Assembly: GCA_965201075.1 (NCBI GenBank)
Contig: CBDAVP010000016.1
Location: 186,001-250,000 of the forward strand
Length of the DNA: 64,000 nt
From: Isosphaeraceae bacterium
GTDB lineage: Bacteria; Planctomycetota; Planctomycetia; Isosphaerales; Isosphaeraceae
Direction: 5' to 3'
Under the pieces are notes generated by a model. It made no database searches, had not been told where the DNA came from, and saw nothing but the letters and a program-made list of their open reading frames with translations. Below are positions 1-9,814 of this stretch, in pieces. A program made the translations under genes and the position numbers. The first letter of the stretch is position 1; every line of letters begins with the position of its first letter.

Positions 1-608
1 TACGCTTCGAGGATCTGCGATTCGTCCAACTGATCGAGCCCCCGGTCGTCGGACAGGACGTCGAGCGCCTCTCCCAGACCCGTTTCCAGCAACATGTCAC
101 TGAGGAGCCGATGGGCCCGCATCCAGGTCTCGGGTTCCAGCCCGGCGTTTCCCAGCATCCGCATCCCCATCGCGAACAGCAAATCGCCGCCGATGAGGCC
201 CAGAGCCTCGGCCCGATCGTCGCGGCCCGGCCCTCGCAAGGCCTCGTGCAAGGTGGGGCGGTCGCGGCGGGTGGTGCTGCCGTCAATCAGGTCGTCGTGA
301 ACCAGCATGAAGGCGTGGAACAACTCCAGGCTCGCGGCGACTTTCCACGACGAGTCGGGCAGTTCTGGTGAGTGGCTCGCTCCCAGGATGCGCATCGAGG
401 CAAGGCACAACCGAGGACGAAGCCGCTTGCCGCCGTCGAGGACGAAGGCGGTAAGCTGGTCGAACAGGGGCGACAGGTGCGACGAGAGGGCGAACGCCCG
501 TCGAGACTCGTCGAGAAAGCCCGCCAGTTCCCGGTCGAGCCGATCCCGATCCTCGGGCGGCCACGAGAGCGACGAGGGCGTTGAATCAGCCTCGGTCACG
601 ATCGGCAC
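1..608 (-). CDS. Polyprenyl synthetase / GGPP synthase family protein (runs off the window start)
   Basis: Manual minus-strand translation gives GGKRLRP and ASLELFHAFMLVHDDLIDGSTTRR (DDxxD first aspartate-rich motif), then LIGGDLL. GTG start at 608 or 599. Absent from the ORF track because it is truncated. Confidence 0.88.
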   Translation of the reverse strand, partial: MPIVTEADSTPSSLSWPPEDRDRLDRELAGFLDESRRAFALSSHLSPLFDQLTAFVLDGGKRLRPRLCLASMRILGASHSPELPDSSWKVAASLELFHAFMLVHDDLIDGSTTRRDRPTLHEALRGPGRDDRAEALGLIGGDLLFAMGMRMLGNAGLEPETWMRAHRLLSDMLLETGLGEALDVLSDDRGLDQLDESQILEA

Positions 609-821
609 TCGCCTGCTAACGGGAAGCCGGCATCGGAAAACGTCCCGGCCGATGACTTGCCCATTGTAAGCGACCGTCCACCCTCCAGCCGTCCCTCCCG
701 CGAACTTTCCCGGAGACCTCCTCCCGGCCGACCGCTTGTGATGCCCGGGTGTCTCCCTCTATCTTGAACCGTCGAGGGACCACGGGCTTCGGCGAAAACT
801 CGGGGGTTGGGGGTTTGACGC

Positions 822-1856
822 GTGAGGACCGAGGAATTCGACTTCGACCTGCCCGAAGCCCTGATCGCCCAGCACCCCGTCGAGCCCCGGGACGCCTCTC
901 GTCTGCTGGTGGTGCGACGTGACCCAGGGACATTCGATCACCGAACCTTCGCTGACTTGCCCGAGCTTCTCGACCCCCGAGACGTGCTGGCCCGCAACAA
1001 CACCCGGGTCGTCCCCGCCCGGTTGGTTGGTCAACGGCTGGCCACCGGAGGCGCCTGGGAAGGGCTGTTTCTCCGCGAACGCGAAGGCGGTTCCTGGGAA
1101 ATCCTGGCGAAGACCCGGGGGCGACCCCTCGTGGGCGAGCGAGTGGGTGTCGGCCGGGGGTTGGTGCTGATTCTCGAGGAACGTCTCGACGCGGGGAAAT
1201 GGGTCGTCCGGCCCGAGCCGCCCGGCCCAACGGCGGACCTGCTGGCCATCCACGGAGAGATTCCCCTGCCTCCCTATATTCGCAAAGGGGTCGCGGGGGA
1301 AGCCGACCGCTCGCGGTATCAAACCACCTTCGCCCGATCGCCCGGCGCCGTGGCCGCCCCCACCGCGGGCTTGCACTTCACCGAGGCTCTCTTCGACCGC
1401 CTGGACGCCCGGGGAATCGCCCGGGTCGACCTGACCTTGCATGTCGGCCTCGGCACCTTCCGCCCGATCGAGGTCGAGCAAATCGACGACCATGCCCTGC
1501 ATGCCGAATGGGCCGAGGTGACCCCCGAGGCCGCCGCCACCCTGAACGCCCGGCGATCGGCGGGCGGCCGGGTGGTCGCCGTCGGCACGACCTCGGCCCG
1601 CACCCTGGAGACCGCCTCGACCGGCGGCGCCGGCGCGTTGGCCCCGTTCACCGGGGAGACCGCCCTTTACCTCAAGCCGGGCCATGAGTTCCGTGGTGTG
1701 GACGCCCTGCTCACCAACTTCCACCTGCCGCGCAGTAGCCTGCTCGTGCTGGTCTCGGCCTTCGCGGGGGTCGAGCTGATCCGCGCCGCCTATACCGAGG
1801 CGATCGCCCAGGGATACCGCTTCTACAGTTATGGGGACGCGATGCTGATTTTGTGA
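822..1856 (+). CDS. queA: S-adenosylmethionine:tRNA ribosyltransferase-isomerase
   Basis: FDFDLPEALIAQHP, PLPPYI, GAVAAPTAGLHFT, LHVGLGTFRP, TNFHLPRSS, YRFYSYGDAMLI. Confidence 0.98.
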   Translation: MRTEEFDFDLPEALIAQHPVEPRDASRLLVVRRDPGTFDHRTFADLPELLDPRDVLARNNTRVVPARLVGQRLATGGAWEGLFLREREGGSWEILAKTRGRPLVGERVGVGRGLVLILEERLDAGKWVVRPEPPGPTADLLAIHGEIPLPPYIRKGVAGEADRSRYQTTFARSPGAVAAPTAGLHFTEALFDRLDARGIARVDLTLHVGLGTFRPIEVEQIDDHALHAEWAEVTPEAAATLNARRSAGGRVVAVGTTSARTLETASTGGAGALAPFTGETALYLKPGHEFRGVDALLTNFHLPRSSLLVLVSAFAGVELIRAAYTEAIAQGYRFYSYGDAMLIL

Positions 1857-1919
1857 ACCGGCGACGGTCGATGGAATGGAGAAATGGTGTCATTGCCGCT
1901 TGGGCAGGGGAGGTGCGTC

Positions 1920-2534
1920 GTGAAGCATCAGGAACGGATCTTGGTGGTCCCTGGGGCGGAACTCGACCGATTGGGGCGATTCCAGGGGGTTTCCGACGAC
2001 GCCGATCGCTACCTCTCGGCCCTGCTGGCGACGGGGGTGGCCTCTTTCCGAGTCCGTGCCGAGGCCGAGGAAAATCCGGCGTTCAAGCAGATCATCCCCT
2101 ACGTCATCTTCGTGGCGGGAGAGTCGGTGTTTTGCTACACGAGGGGGACCTCGCAGGGGGAGGCCCGACTCCATTGTAAGCGGTCCCTCGGCGTTGGCGG
2201 GCATGTGGATGAGGCTGACTTTGACGGTGACGCGAACCTCGACGCCTACGAGCGAGCCTTGCGACGAGAACTCGACGAGGAGGTCCGCGTCGCCAGCCCC
2301 GGCCGGATGCGCCGCGTCGGCCTCATCAATGATGATGAGAACTCCGTGGGAGCGGTTCACCTGGGGGTCGTCCACCTGTTCGAGCTGGACGAGCCCGCCG
2401 TTACCCCTCTTGAGGAGGGCCTTGCCGACGCCCGATTCGTGCCGATCGCCGACCTACCCGGCCTCGGTGATCGGTTCGAGACCTGGTCTCAGTTCTGCAT
2501 CGATGCTTTGCAACGGTGGCGGCGCGGGGCCTGA
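1920..2534 (+). CDS. Predicted NUDIX-fold phosphoesterase
   Basis: KQIIPY, E-x-RLH-x3-SLGVGGH, Nudix-like RRELDEE, VGAVHLG. GTG at 1920 preferred over 1884. Confidence 0.75.
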   Translation: MKHQERILVVPGAELDRLGRFQGVSDDADRYLSALLATGVASFRVRAEAEENPAFKQIIPYVIFVAGESVFCYTRGTSQGEARLHCKRSLGVGGHVDEADFDGDANLDAYERALRRELDEEVRVASPGRMRRVGLINDDENSVGAVHLGVVHLFELDEPAVTPLEEGLADARFVPIADLPGLGDRFETWSQFCIDALQRWRRGA

Positions 2535-3707
2535 AGCCGCTGGCGGCGCGGCGACCGCTGGGCCCGGAGGCTGGCGGCGGTCGAGCCAGTCGATCATCGT
2601 TGGGAAGACCTCGGTGGGGGCGTAGACACTCCAGACCAGGTCGCAATGGCCGTAGTCGAAGTGCTGGCCGGTGTCGCGACCGAACCGCATCAGTTCCTTG
2701 TCGGGCGAGCCGAGCGCCTTGAAGGTGATCTCCGTGGAGGCGATATCGGCGATGACATCCTTTTCCCCGGCGACCATGAGCGTCGGCGTGGTGATCCGCC
2801 CCAACTCGTCGGAATAGTCAACCCGGCCGTCTTCCGACCAGAGGTGCCCGGTGGCCAGGTACATGTCCATCTGCCGAAGGGCCCCCCGGCCGGGGTCTTC
2901 CAGCGTGTAGCCGTAGAATCGCGAGACCGTCCGTGGAGCGACGTTCGACGCGGTGAAGTAATAGCGGTCGATCACCTCCAGGCCCGGCAGTCGGTAATAC
3001 TTCATCGGCCGGGCGATCCGTCCGGTGCTCACGACCCTCAGCATCGACCGCAAGGCCCGGTTGGCCCCCAGCAGCGCATGGCGTGGGAAGCGTTCCAAAG
3101 TCGCCGGGCTGCCCATCGCCACCAGGTTCGCCACCCTCGCCTCGACGGCCGGATCGCGCTCCAGGGCCGGGAACATCAGCATTCCGCCCAGACTGTGGCC
3201 CACCCAGTTGACCTGACTTTTGCCGGTCTGGGCGCAGACGAAGTTCAGGATCGCCGGGACGTCATGAAACGCCTGGTCGTCCATCGTCCAGCGCCCGCCA
3301 CCGATCTCGCGAACGAAGGTTTGTTTCAGACGGGTATCGAGTGAGCCCAGGACGCCGACGTGGTGGCTGAAGCCCGAGCCTCGCATGTCGACGAGGAAGA
3401 CATCGTAGCCCCGGGCGGCGAACTGGCCGGGCAGGTGGTCGTCGCAGATGGTCCAGAACGTGGCGTTGAGGCCCATCCCGTGACAGAGGACCACTGGCAG
3501 CTTGTTCGGGTCGGGGTGCTCGGGACGGATGTGGCGGATGCCCAGCTTCCAGCCATCGTCGGTGACGGCGTACCCGTCGGAGCAGGGCCGCAGGTCGGCC
3601 GAGTCGGCGTTCTGGCGCACCGTGGCGCAGCCGGGCAAGGCTCCCAGAAGCCACGCCGCCGCCGCCAGCAGGAGCCGGCTCCGCGAAGCGATTCGCCCGA
3701 TTGGCAT
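2454..3707 (-). CDS. Alpha/beta-hydrolase (lipase/esterase-like), probable lipoprotein
   Basis: Signal peptide with lipobox LPGC, LCHG oxyanion motif, GHSLGG nucleophile elbow, KDVIA, YGHCDL catalytic His. ATG at 3707 chosen within ORF 2454..3899. Confidence 0.85.
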   Translation of the reverse strand: MPIGRIASRSRLLLAAAAWLLGALPGCATVRQNADSADLRPCSDGYAVTDDGWKLGIRHIRPEHPDPNKLPVVLCHGMGLNATFWTICDDHLPGQFAARGYDVFLVDMRGSGFSHHVGVLGSLDTRLKQTFVREIGGGRWTMDDQAFHDVPAILNFVCAQTGKSQVNWVGHSLGGMLMFPALERDPAVEARVANLVAMGSPATLERFPRHALLGANRALRSMLRVVSTGRIARPMKYYRLPGLEVIDRYYFTASNVAPRTVSRFYGYTLEDPGRGALRQMDMYLATGHLWSEDGRVDYSDELGRITTPTLMVAGEKDVIADIASTEITFKALGSPDKELMRFGRDTGQHFDYGHCDLVWSVYAPTEVFPTMIDWLDRRQPPGPAVAAPPAASGPAPPPLQSIDAELRPGLEPITEAG

Positions 3708-3910
3708 GGAGCCGGGAGTCCTTCCCCGGGGATCGCCCCGGCCCGCAGGCACCGGCACCACCCTGACACTCGTGGTCCCGAGCCGGCGGAGTCTAGCCGA
3801 ACGAATCGAAGCGGGGAATCCGAAACCGTCGGGCGGGACGGCGGCCCTGGGAAATTCCAAAATTCCCCGCCGGATTTCTCGACAGCGCGCAACTGACACC
3901 GAGAACGTCG

Positions 3911-4324
3911 ATGTTCACGACGCTATCGGAGGGCCAGACCGTGAACCTACCGCTTCCCCCGCCGGGCGGACCCAACCCCGGGCGCGATTCCACGTCCCCC
4001 ACTGACGAACCCCGAGCCTTGACCGCCGCCACCCGTCCCCGCCTGATCCAGTTGCACCGAGAGAATCACCGCTTGCTGGCCGAGGCCGCCGACGCCCTGG
4101 TCCAGTTCGGCACCGCCCTGGACTACCTCGGCCGCACCGACGGCAATGCCAAACTGGGCCGGGCCATCCTGGAACACCACTGGAGACGTCTCGGAGCCCT
4201 CCACGTCGCGATGATGGCCAACGATGACGAAGCCCGTCACGTCCTCGAACCGCCCCCGACGCCCGTCCCGGCCGCCGGCCTGGCGACAAAATTCCGCTGG
4301 CCGGGCCTGGACCTCGATAATTGA
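3911..4324 (+). CDS. Hypothetical protein
   Basis: ATG start, helical composition, fills the gap and ends at a hairpin. Confidence 0.5.
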   Translation: MFTTLSEGQTVNLPLPPPGGPNPGRDSTSPTDEPRALTAATRPRLIQLHRENHRLLAEAADALVQFGTALDYLGRTDGNAKLGRAILEHHWRRLGALHVAMMANDDEARHVLEPPPTPVPAAGLATKFRWPGLDLDN

Positions 4325-4329
4325 ACGAA

Positions 4330-4366
4330 ACCCCGGGGTCAGCCGAATCGAGGCCGACCCCGGGGT
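4330..4366 (-). terminator. Intrinsic terminator-like hairpin between convergent genes (after hppA)
   Basis: ACCCCGGGGTC(4330-4340) and GACCCCGGGGT(4356-4366) are a perfect inverted repeat, followed on the minus strand by TTTCGTTC. Confidence 0.65.
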
Positions 4367-4386
4367 CCGCGTTCCGTCCTTCCCAC

Positions 4387-6951
4387 TCAAACCTCGCCGC
4401 CGACCGGCTGGAGTGACTCGGACACGCCCGCGCTGGCGAGTTCGGCCTCGACCTCCCGTAGCTCCTTCGACTCGGTCTTGGACCGCCAGATCGCCCAGCC
4501 GACCAGGACCACGCCGATTACCCCGACCAGATCGAGTACCCACCGCTCCGAGAACGGACGACCCCTCAAGGCGATGATCGGGGCGATCGCCAGCAGGGCG
4601 ACCATGTTCATCACCTTGATGAGCGGGTTCAGGGCCGGGCCCGCGGTGTCCTTCAAGGGGTCGCCCACCGTGTCACCAGTGACGCTGGCCTTGTGAGCCT
4701 CCGACCCCTTGCCGCCGTACAGGCCGTCCTCGATCAACTTCTTGGCGTTGTCCCAGGCGCCTCCGGCATTGGACATGAAGACGGCCAGCAATTGGCCGAC
4801 GATGATCATCCCGGCCAAAAATCCGCCAAGGGCATAGGGCCCCATCCAGATTCCGACCAGGATCGGCATGGCGATGGCCAGCAGGCCCGGACCGATCAGT
4901 TCCGACTGCGCCGCGGCCGTGCAGATGTTGACCACGCGGCCGTAGTCGGGCGTTTTGGTCCCGGCCCAGATTTCCGGGTCGCGGAACTGGGCCCGGCATT
5001 CCTTGACAATCAGGAACGCGGCGCGGCCGACCGCGCGAATCAGCATCGACGAGAACAGCAACGGCACGGCCCCGCCGATCAACGCTCCGACAAATACCTC
5101 GGGTTGGGCGACCGACAGCTTGGCGGCCTCGTCCAGGTACTGCTGGGTGGTCATCTCGCCGATCCGCGACTCGCTGCCCACGGCCAGCACGGCGATGTAG
5201 CTGGCGAACAGGCTCACCGCCGCGATCACCGCCGAACCGATCGCCAGCCCCTTGGTCTCGGCCTTGGTGGTGTTGCCCACCGCGTCGAGGTCGGCCAGCA
5301 CCTGCCGGGCCCTCCGGTAGTTCTCGGCCCCCATCTCCTCGCGGTCGTAGCCCATCTCGCCGATGCCGTTGGAGTTATCCGCCACCGGCCCAAACACGTC
5401 CATGCTGATGGTGTTGCCCGTCAAGGTCAGCATGCCGATGCCGCACATCGCCACCCCGTAGGCCACGAAGATCGGGCTCGCCCCGGCGTACAGGAACACC
5501 GAGACCAAAATCGCCACCGAGATCATCGCCACCGAGACCACCGACGACTCATAGCCGACGGCGAACCCCTGGATGATGTTGGTGGCATGCCCCGTCTGGC
5601 ACGCCTTGGCCATCGACCGCACCGGTTCGTACTTGGTGTGGGTGTAATAACTGGTGATCTTGTTCAGGCCGATCGCCAGCAAGATCCCGATGAAGCAGGT
5701 CCACGCCGGCCTCATGTCCAGTCCCCGCCAGCCCAGGTACGACCAGATCGGCTGGGTCGGCGAGAGAATCGGCCCCTGATACTCGCGGACGAACTCGCGG
5801 AACTTCGCCGCGTCGGTCTCGCCCCCCTTGGTGGTGGCGTCGAACGCGTTTCGGGCCTGGTCGAATTCGCTGGTCAGAGCATAGCCGCCCAACGCCTGGG
5901 GATACTTGCGGACGTAGTCGTCGTCGAAGTGCAAATAGGCCAGGCCCAACGCCACGAACCCGGCGACACTGATGATCGACCCGATGATGAACCCCCGGTG
6001 GACCGTGTGCAAAGCCTCGTCGGCGGTGCTGCCGGTGCCGGCCTTGACCGAGTACGTGCTGATGATCGAGCCGATGACCCCGATGGCCCTCACCAGGAGG
6101 GGGAAAATGACCCCCTTGTGGCCGAAGCTGGCGTAGCCCAGGATCATCGCCGCGACGATTGTCACTTCATAACTCTGGAAGATGTCGGCGGCCATCCCGG
6201 CGCAGTCGCCGACGTTGTCGCCCACGTTGTCGGCGATCGTGGCGGCGTTGCGTGGGTCGTCCTCGGGGATGTTGGCCTCGACCTTGCCCACCAGGTCGGC
6301 CCCGATGTCGGCGGCCTTGGTGTAGATCCCCCCGCCGACCCTCATGAACAGCGCCAGCAGGGTGCTGCCGAAGCCGAAGCCCAGCAAGACCTCATAGGCG
6401 TGGTTGCCATAGGCCATGAAAATGATCGTGCCACCGAGCAGGCCCAGGCCGTCGGTCAGCATGCCGGTGATCGTGCCGGTCCGGTAGCCGAGTTGCAAAG
6501 CCCCGCCGTAGCTGGTTCGTGCCGCGGCGGCGACCCGCAGGTTCCCCCGCACGGCCAGGCTCATTCCCACGAACCCGACCACCCAAGAGAACAACGCCCC
6601 CAGGACGAACGCCAAGGCCCGGCCGACCCGGACGGCCCCCTGCCCCTCGACGCTGTCCGCGGAGAAGTAGACGATGGCCGTCAGGACGATCATCAACAAC
6701 AGGACGACGCGGAATTGCCGCCAAAGGTAAGCATTGGCGCCGGCCTTGATGGCGTCGGCCACCTTGCGCATCTTCTCGGTGCCGCGGTCGGCCCCCAGTA
6801 CCTGGCCGACCAGCATCGCCGCGTACAAAAGCCCGGCGACCGCGATGCCCAGTACCGCCCAGAGCGCCGCTCGCTCATAGGAGTTGTACTGTTCGCTGTG
6901 CAGGAACGGGAAAAGTTGGAACGCCTCGGCCGGAGTGGGTGCCGGTGGCAT
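4387..6951 (-). CDS. hppA: Membrane-bound pyrophosphatase, K+-independent H+-pumping type
   Basis: GGGIYTKAADIGADLVGKVEANIPEDDPRN, DNVGDNVGD, GNTTKA (Lys variant), GGAWDNAKK, GDTVGDPLKDTAGP; many TM helices; GGAGG SD at 6960-6964. Confidence 0.97.
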   Translation of the reverse strand: MPPAPTPAEAFQLFPFLHSEQYNSYERAALWAVLGIAVAGLLYAAMLVGQVLGADRGTEKMRKVADAIKAGANAYLWRQFRVVLLLMIVLTAIVYFSADSVEGQGAVRVGRALAFVLGALFSWVVGFVGMSLAVRGNLRVAAAARTSYGGALQLGYRTGTITGMLTDGLGLLGGTIIFMAYGNHAYEVLLGFGFGSTLLALFMRVGGGIYTKAADIGADLVGKVEANIPEDDPRNAATIADNVGDNVGDCAGMAADIFQSYEVTIVAAMILGYASFGHKGVIFPLLVRAIGVIGSIISTYSVKAGTGSTADEALHTVHRGFIIGSIISVAGFVALGLAYLHFDDDYVRKYPQALGGYALTSEFDQARNAFDATTKGGETDAAKFREFVREYQGPILSPTQPIWSYLGWRGLDMRPAWTCFIGILLAIGLNKITSYYTHTKYEPVRSMAKACQTGHATNIIQGFAVGYESSVVSVAMISVAILVSVFLYAGASPIFVAYGVAMCGIGMLTLTGNTISMDVFGPVADNSNGIGEMGYDREEMGAENYRRARQVLADLDAVGNTTKAETKGLAIGSAVIAAVSLFASYIAVLAVGSESRIGEMTTQQYLDEAAKLSVAQPEVFVGALIGGAVPLLFSSMLIRAVGRAAFLIVKECRAQFRDPEIWAGTKTPDYGRVVNICTAAAQSELIGPGLLAIAMPILVGIWMGPYALGGFLAGMIIVGQLLAVFMSNAGGAWDNAKKLIEDGLYGGKGSEAHKASVTGDTVGDPLKDTAGPALNPLIKVMNMVALLAIAPIIALRGRPFSERWVLDLVGVIGVVLVGWAIWRSKTESKELREVEAELASAGVSESLQPVGGEV

Positions 6952-6961
6952 GTTGCGGTCC

Positions 6962-7029
6962 TCCCTCGGTCATCCTCGCCACGAGGCGACAATGCCTCCG
7001 GCCTCGGCCGGTGGGCGAGGATGACGGGA
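6962..7029 (-). promoter_or_regulatory. Candidate structured 5' UTR (three-way junction) of hppA
   Basis: 12-bp perfect stem 6969-6980/7014-7025 enclosing hairpins 6983-6998 and 6999-7010; a possible extension pairs into the SD. Confidence 0.45.
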
Positions 7030-7173
7030 TGCGAAGAAATGAGGTGAAAAGGCACTCGCCCACCCGCGGACGGGTCGGTATCCGACGGATTAGACACCAC
7101 TCCAACACTCGCCGGAAGAGTCTACCCCCACCGCCAAGATTCCGTGGGACCGCCCGACCGCCTCTGCCTGGGC

Positions 7174-8166
7174 TTACTTCGTCCCGTCGAGGAAGCCCTG
7201 GACGTCCAGGTAGCGATACGACCCTCCGGTCGCGCCGGCCAGCTTGCGGAGCAGCGGCGATTCGTCAATGTTGGGCCCTTCGCCGAACGCGACGGCCTGG
7301 ATGCGCGTGGTGCCGGCCAGGCGGATCACCTCGTCGACGTCGGTGAGGGTCAGGAAATCGGCGTCGGTCAGGAAGAACAGAACCTCGGGCTTCATCGCCA
7401 GGGCCGCCCGTAACGCCTTCATGTGGTCGGTCGAGCCGTCGGCGGGGATTTCGCGCAGGCGGCCGCGCACGCGGGCCTTGGCCTCCAGGGTCGCGGCCAT
7501 CAAGCCGGCGTGCCCCCGGGCGTCGGGGAACACCGTCGGCTTATCGTTGTAGAAGACCACCCCGAACTTCGTGGCGAACGGCAGGCGTCCCAGGCTCGCC
7601 AGCAACTCACGCTTGGCGACCCCGAGGGCGTCGTTGTGGCTCATGCTGCCGGAGCAGTCGATCGCATAAACGAACGACTCCCCCTGTTCCCGGGCGCCGA
7701 AGAACTCGGTGCCCGGCCCGAACCCCTTACCGACGCCGCCGCCCGACCCGCCCCCCTCACCCGACCCGCCGCCGGTCCCTGGTCCCGGCAAGACGCCGAT
7801 CTCGCCCGCCGGGCCGGGGTCGGTCCGCGCCTTGCCCGTGGGCGAAAGGGCCTCGGCCAGCAGCGCCTCGGCCTCGGCATCCTTGGGAGGTCGGGGACCA
7901 TCCACCTCGACCGAAACCCCCTCCACCCGTCCCTCTCCACCTAGCCGTTCCGGGGCCCCGCCGGGCAGGTCCGTCGGCGCCCGGTTGTCCACCGGCCCAA
8001 TCTCCCCCTTCAGCACCCTCGCCGGAGGCTCGCTCGGCCTCGGCACGGCGATACCCAGCACCAACGCCGACGCCACCACCAGCAACACCGCATGAAACGC
8101 GACCGAACCGAACAGGGCCCGGGGGTCGGTCCACGGAGAACGGGCTTGGGGCTGGGGGGACGTCAT
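7174..8166 (-). CDS. Membrane-anchored vWA-domain protein with a TonB-like N-terminus
   Basis: TM helix ALFGSVAFHAVLLVVA, Pro/Gly-rich linker, MIDAS DCSGS...GSTD...FLTD. ATG 8166 overlaps the upstream stop. Confidence 0.85.
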   Translation of the reverse strand: MTSPQPQARSPWTDPRALFGSVAFHAVLLVVASALVLGIAVPRPSEPPARVLKGEIGPVDNRAPTDLPGGAPERLGGEGRVEGVSVEVDGPRPPKDAEAEALLAEALSPTGKARTDPGPAGEIGVLPGPGTGGGSGEGGGSGGGVGKGFGPGTEFFGAREQGESFVYAIDCSGSMSHNDALGVAKRELLASLGRLPFATKFGVVFYNDKPTVFPDARGHAGLMAATLEAKARVRGRLREIPADGSTDHMKALRAALAMKPEVLFFLTDADFLTLTDVDEVIRLAGTTRIQAVAFGEGPNIDESPLLRKLAGATGGSYRYLDVQGFLDGTK

Positions 8167-8810
8167 GAGGCGGGAAACTCCCCGTCGGCGGGCATCTCCT
8201 CGGGGCGATACCAAAGGGGCTCGGGCCCGCCGCGCTCCACTCGCCGACGCCTGGGAGCCGCCAGATGCCGGCCGACCAGCACCGCCGCGACGGCCACCGC
8301 CGCGGCGACGCTCAGCCCAACCCGCGATCCCGAGGAACCCCACGCCAGCATCTCGGCCGTCGGGCGTTCGGCGATCGGTGCCGCGTCGCCGACAATCAAG
8401 GGGGCCAGGCGGTCGGAATCCCCCCCTCGATAGCGGATGCGTCTCAGGAAGACCCCCGAGAAACGGACCACGCGATCTCGGTCGGTCCCCAGGTCGGGCC
8501 CGCCTTCCGGGTAAACCAGGCAGGTCGGGTCGCCTTGCGGCGAAACGATCCACAATTCCACCAAAGGCGGGAACTCGCCCCGAGCCCCCTGCCGGAACCG
8601 GGCGCCGACGCGTCCCGAGACCGCGACCCGCCGCCCCTGGAGTTGCTCGGGATGATCCCAAAGGTCGCGAAACGTCGCCGGTTGCGCCAGCCCTGGCGCC
8701 CCTGGCTGGAGGGCGGCTCGATAGGCGGCGAGGTCAGCCAGCGAGAGCGGACCGTCGTCGTCGACGGCAGTGAGCGAGGAGGCCAGCAGCATCACGATGG
8801 GGCGGATCAT
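8163..8810 (-). CDS. Hypothetical exported protein with OB-fold-like segment and C-terminal TM
   Basis: TFRDLWDHPEQLQGRRVAVSGRV OB-like motif; coupled to both neighbours by 4-bp overlaps. Confidence 0.7.
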   Translation of the reverse strand: MIRPIVMLLASSLTAVDDDGPLSLADLAAYRAALQPGAPGLAQPATFRDLWDHPEQLQGRRVAVSGRVGARFRQGARGEFPPLVELWIVSPQGDPTCLVYPEGGPDLGTDRDRVVRFSGVFLRRIRYRGGDSDRLAPLIVGDAAPIAERPTAEMLAWGSSGSRVGLSVAAAVAVAAVLVGRHLAAPRRRRVERGGPEPLWYRPEEMPADGEFPAS

Positions 8811-9313
8811 CGCGAAGTGTCCTCGTCGGCCAGGCGGATCGCGGAGACCCCAGCCGTCGAGCAGGCGCCGACGATCCTCGCCGCTTCCTCGTAGCGGAGG
8901 GAATCGTCGGCCTGAAGCAAAACCCGCAGGGGCCGGCCTTCCAGCAGTGAGGCGTACCGCTTCAACCGATCGGCCAGGGCCAGGTGGTCGGGCAATTCGT
9001 TTTGGCCCAGCGAGAGTCGCCGCAAACTGCCGTCCTCGGCGGCCTCGGCGCGGACAACCAGACTGGCGTCGAGGTCATCCTCGGCTTCCGGAACGGCCTT
9101 CGCCGGGCGGGGACCACTTCCCGGCAGCGCCACCGAGGCGACGGGCAGGTCGAGGTCGAGTCGTGTCTCGGGGTTGGCCACCTGGAAGGTCAGGATGAAG
9201 AAGGCCAGCAGTTGAAACGCCATGTCCAGCATCGGCGTGATCGGCAGTTGCACCCCGTCCGTCGCCCCCCCGGGAGCGCGTCGGCGACGTGGGCCGGTCC
9301 CGAGGGTCGTCAT
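8807..9313 (-). CDS. exbD: ExbD/TolR family protein
   Basis: ITPMLDMAFQLLAFF with the conserved TM Asp; LLQADDSLRY. Confidence 0.9.
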   Translation of the reverse strand: MTTLGTGPRRRRAPGGATDGVQLPITPMLDMAFQLLAFFILTFQVANPETRLDLDLPVASVALPGSGPRPAKAVPEAEDDLDASLVVRAEAAEDGSLRRLSLGQNELPDHLALADRLKRYASLLEGRPLRVLLQADDSLRYEEAARIVGACSTAGVSAIRLADEDTSR

Positions 9314-9789
9314 GGCCGGTCCTCACGCTTGACGACCAGGGTGAAGTGGGCGAACCCTCGGTTCTGCGCCGCCTTGAGGGCCTTCCGCACGGCCCCGTAA
9401 GGCGCGTCGCGGTCGGCCCGGACGATGACCAGGGTGGGCAGTTCCACCCCGGGCCCGCCCAGCGATCGCATTCCCGCTTTGCGTTGCCGGGCCTGGTCGT
9501 CCCACCAGGCGTCGGCCGCCGGTCCTTCGCGGGCCAGGTCATCGGCGAGCAGGGCGCCCCGGTTGTTGATCGCCACGGCCAGGCGGTCAAGACCCGGAGC
9601 GTCGCCGGGCAGCGCGGCGGGGGCCACGGGCAGGCGGATCGACTTGGCCGAGCCTTCGAGCTGGGTGCCGAAGTGGACCAGCATCATGAAGAAGGTGATC
9701 AATTGCAGCACGACGTCGAGCATCGGCGTGAGGTTGACCTCCACCGTCGCGTCGTCTCTCCGGGTTCGGCCTCGGCCTCGACGGGACAT
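9310..9789 (-). CDS. exbD: ExbD/TolR family protein
   Basis: NLTPMLDVVLQLITFFM; VRADRDAPYGAV. Confidence 0.92.
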   Translation of the reverse strand: MSRRGRGRTRRDDATVEVNLTPMLDVVLQLITFFMMLVHFGTQLEGSAKSIRLPVAPAALPGDAPGLDRLAVAINNRGALLADDLAREGPAADAWWDDQARQRKAGMRSLGGPGVELPTLVIVRADRDAPYGAVRKALKAAQNRGFAHFTLVVKREDRP

Positions 9790-9814
9790 GAGGAGAAGTC
9801 CCTCGCCAGCGGGT

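Noticed and set aside
4693..7047. 784-aa plus-strand ORF
   Set aside because: Antisense shadow of hppA; typical of high-GC codon bias, no motifs.
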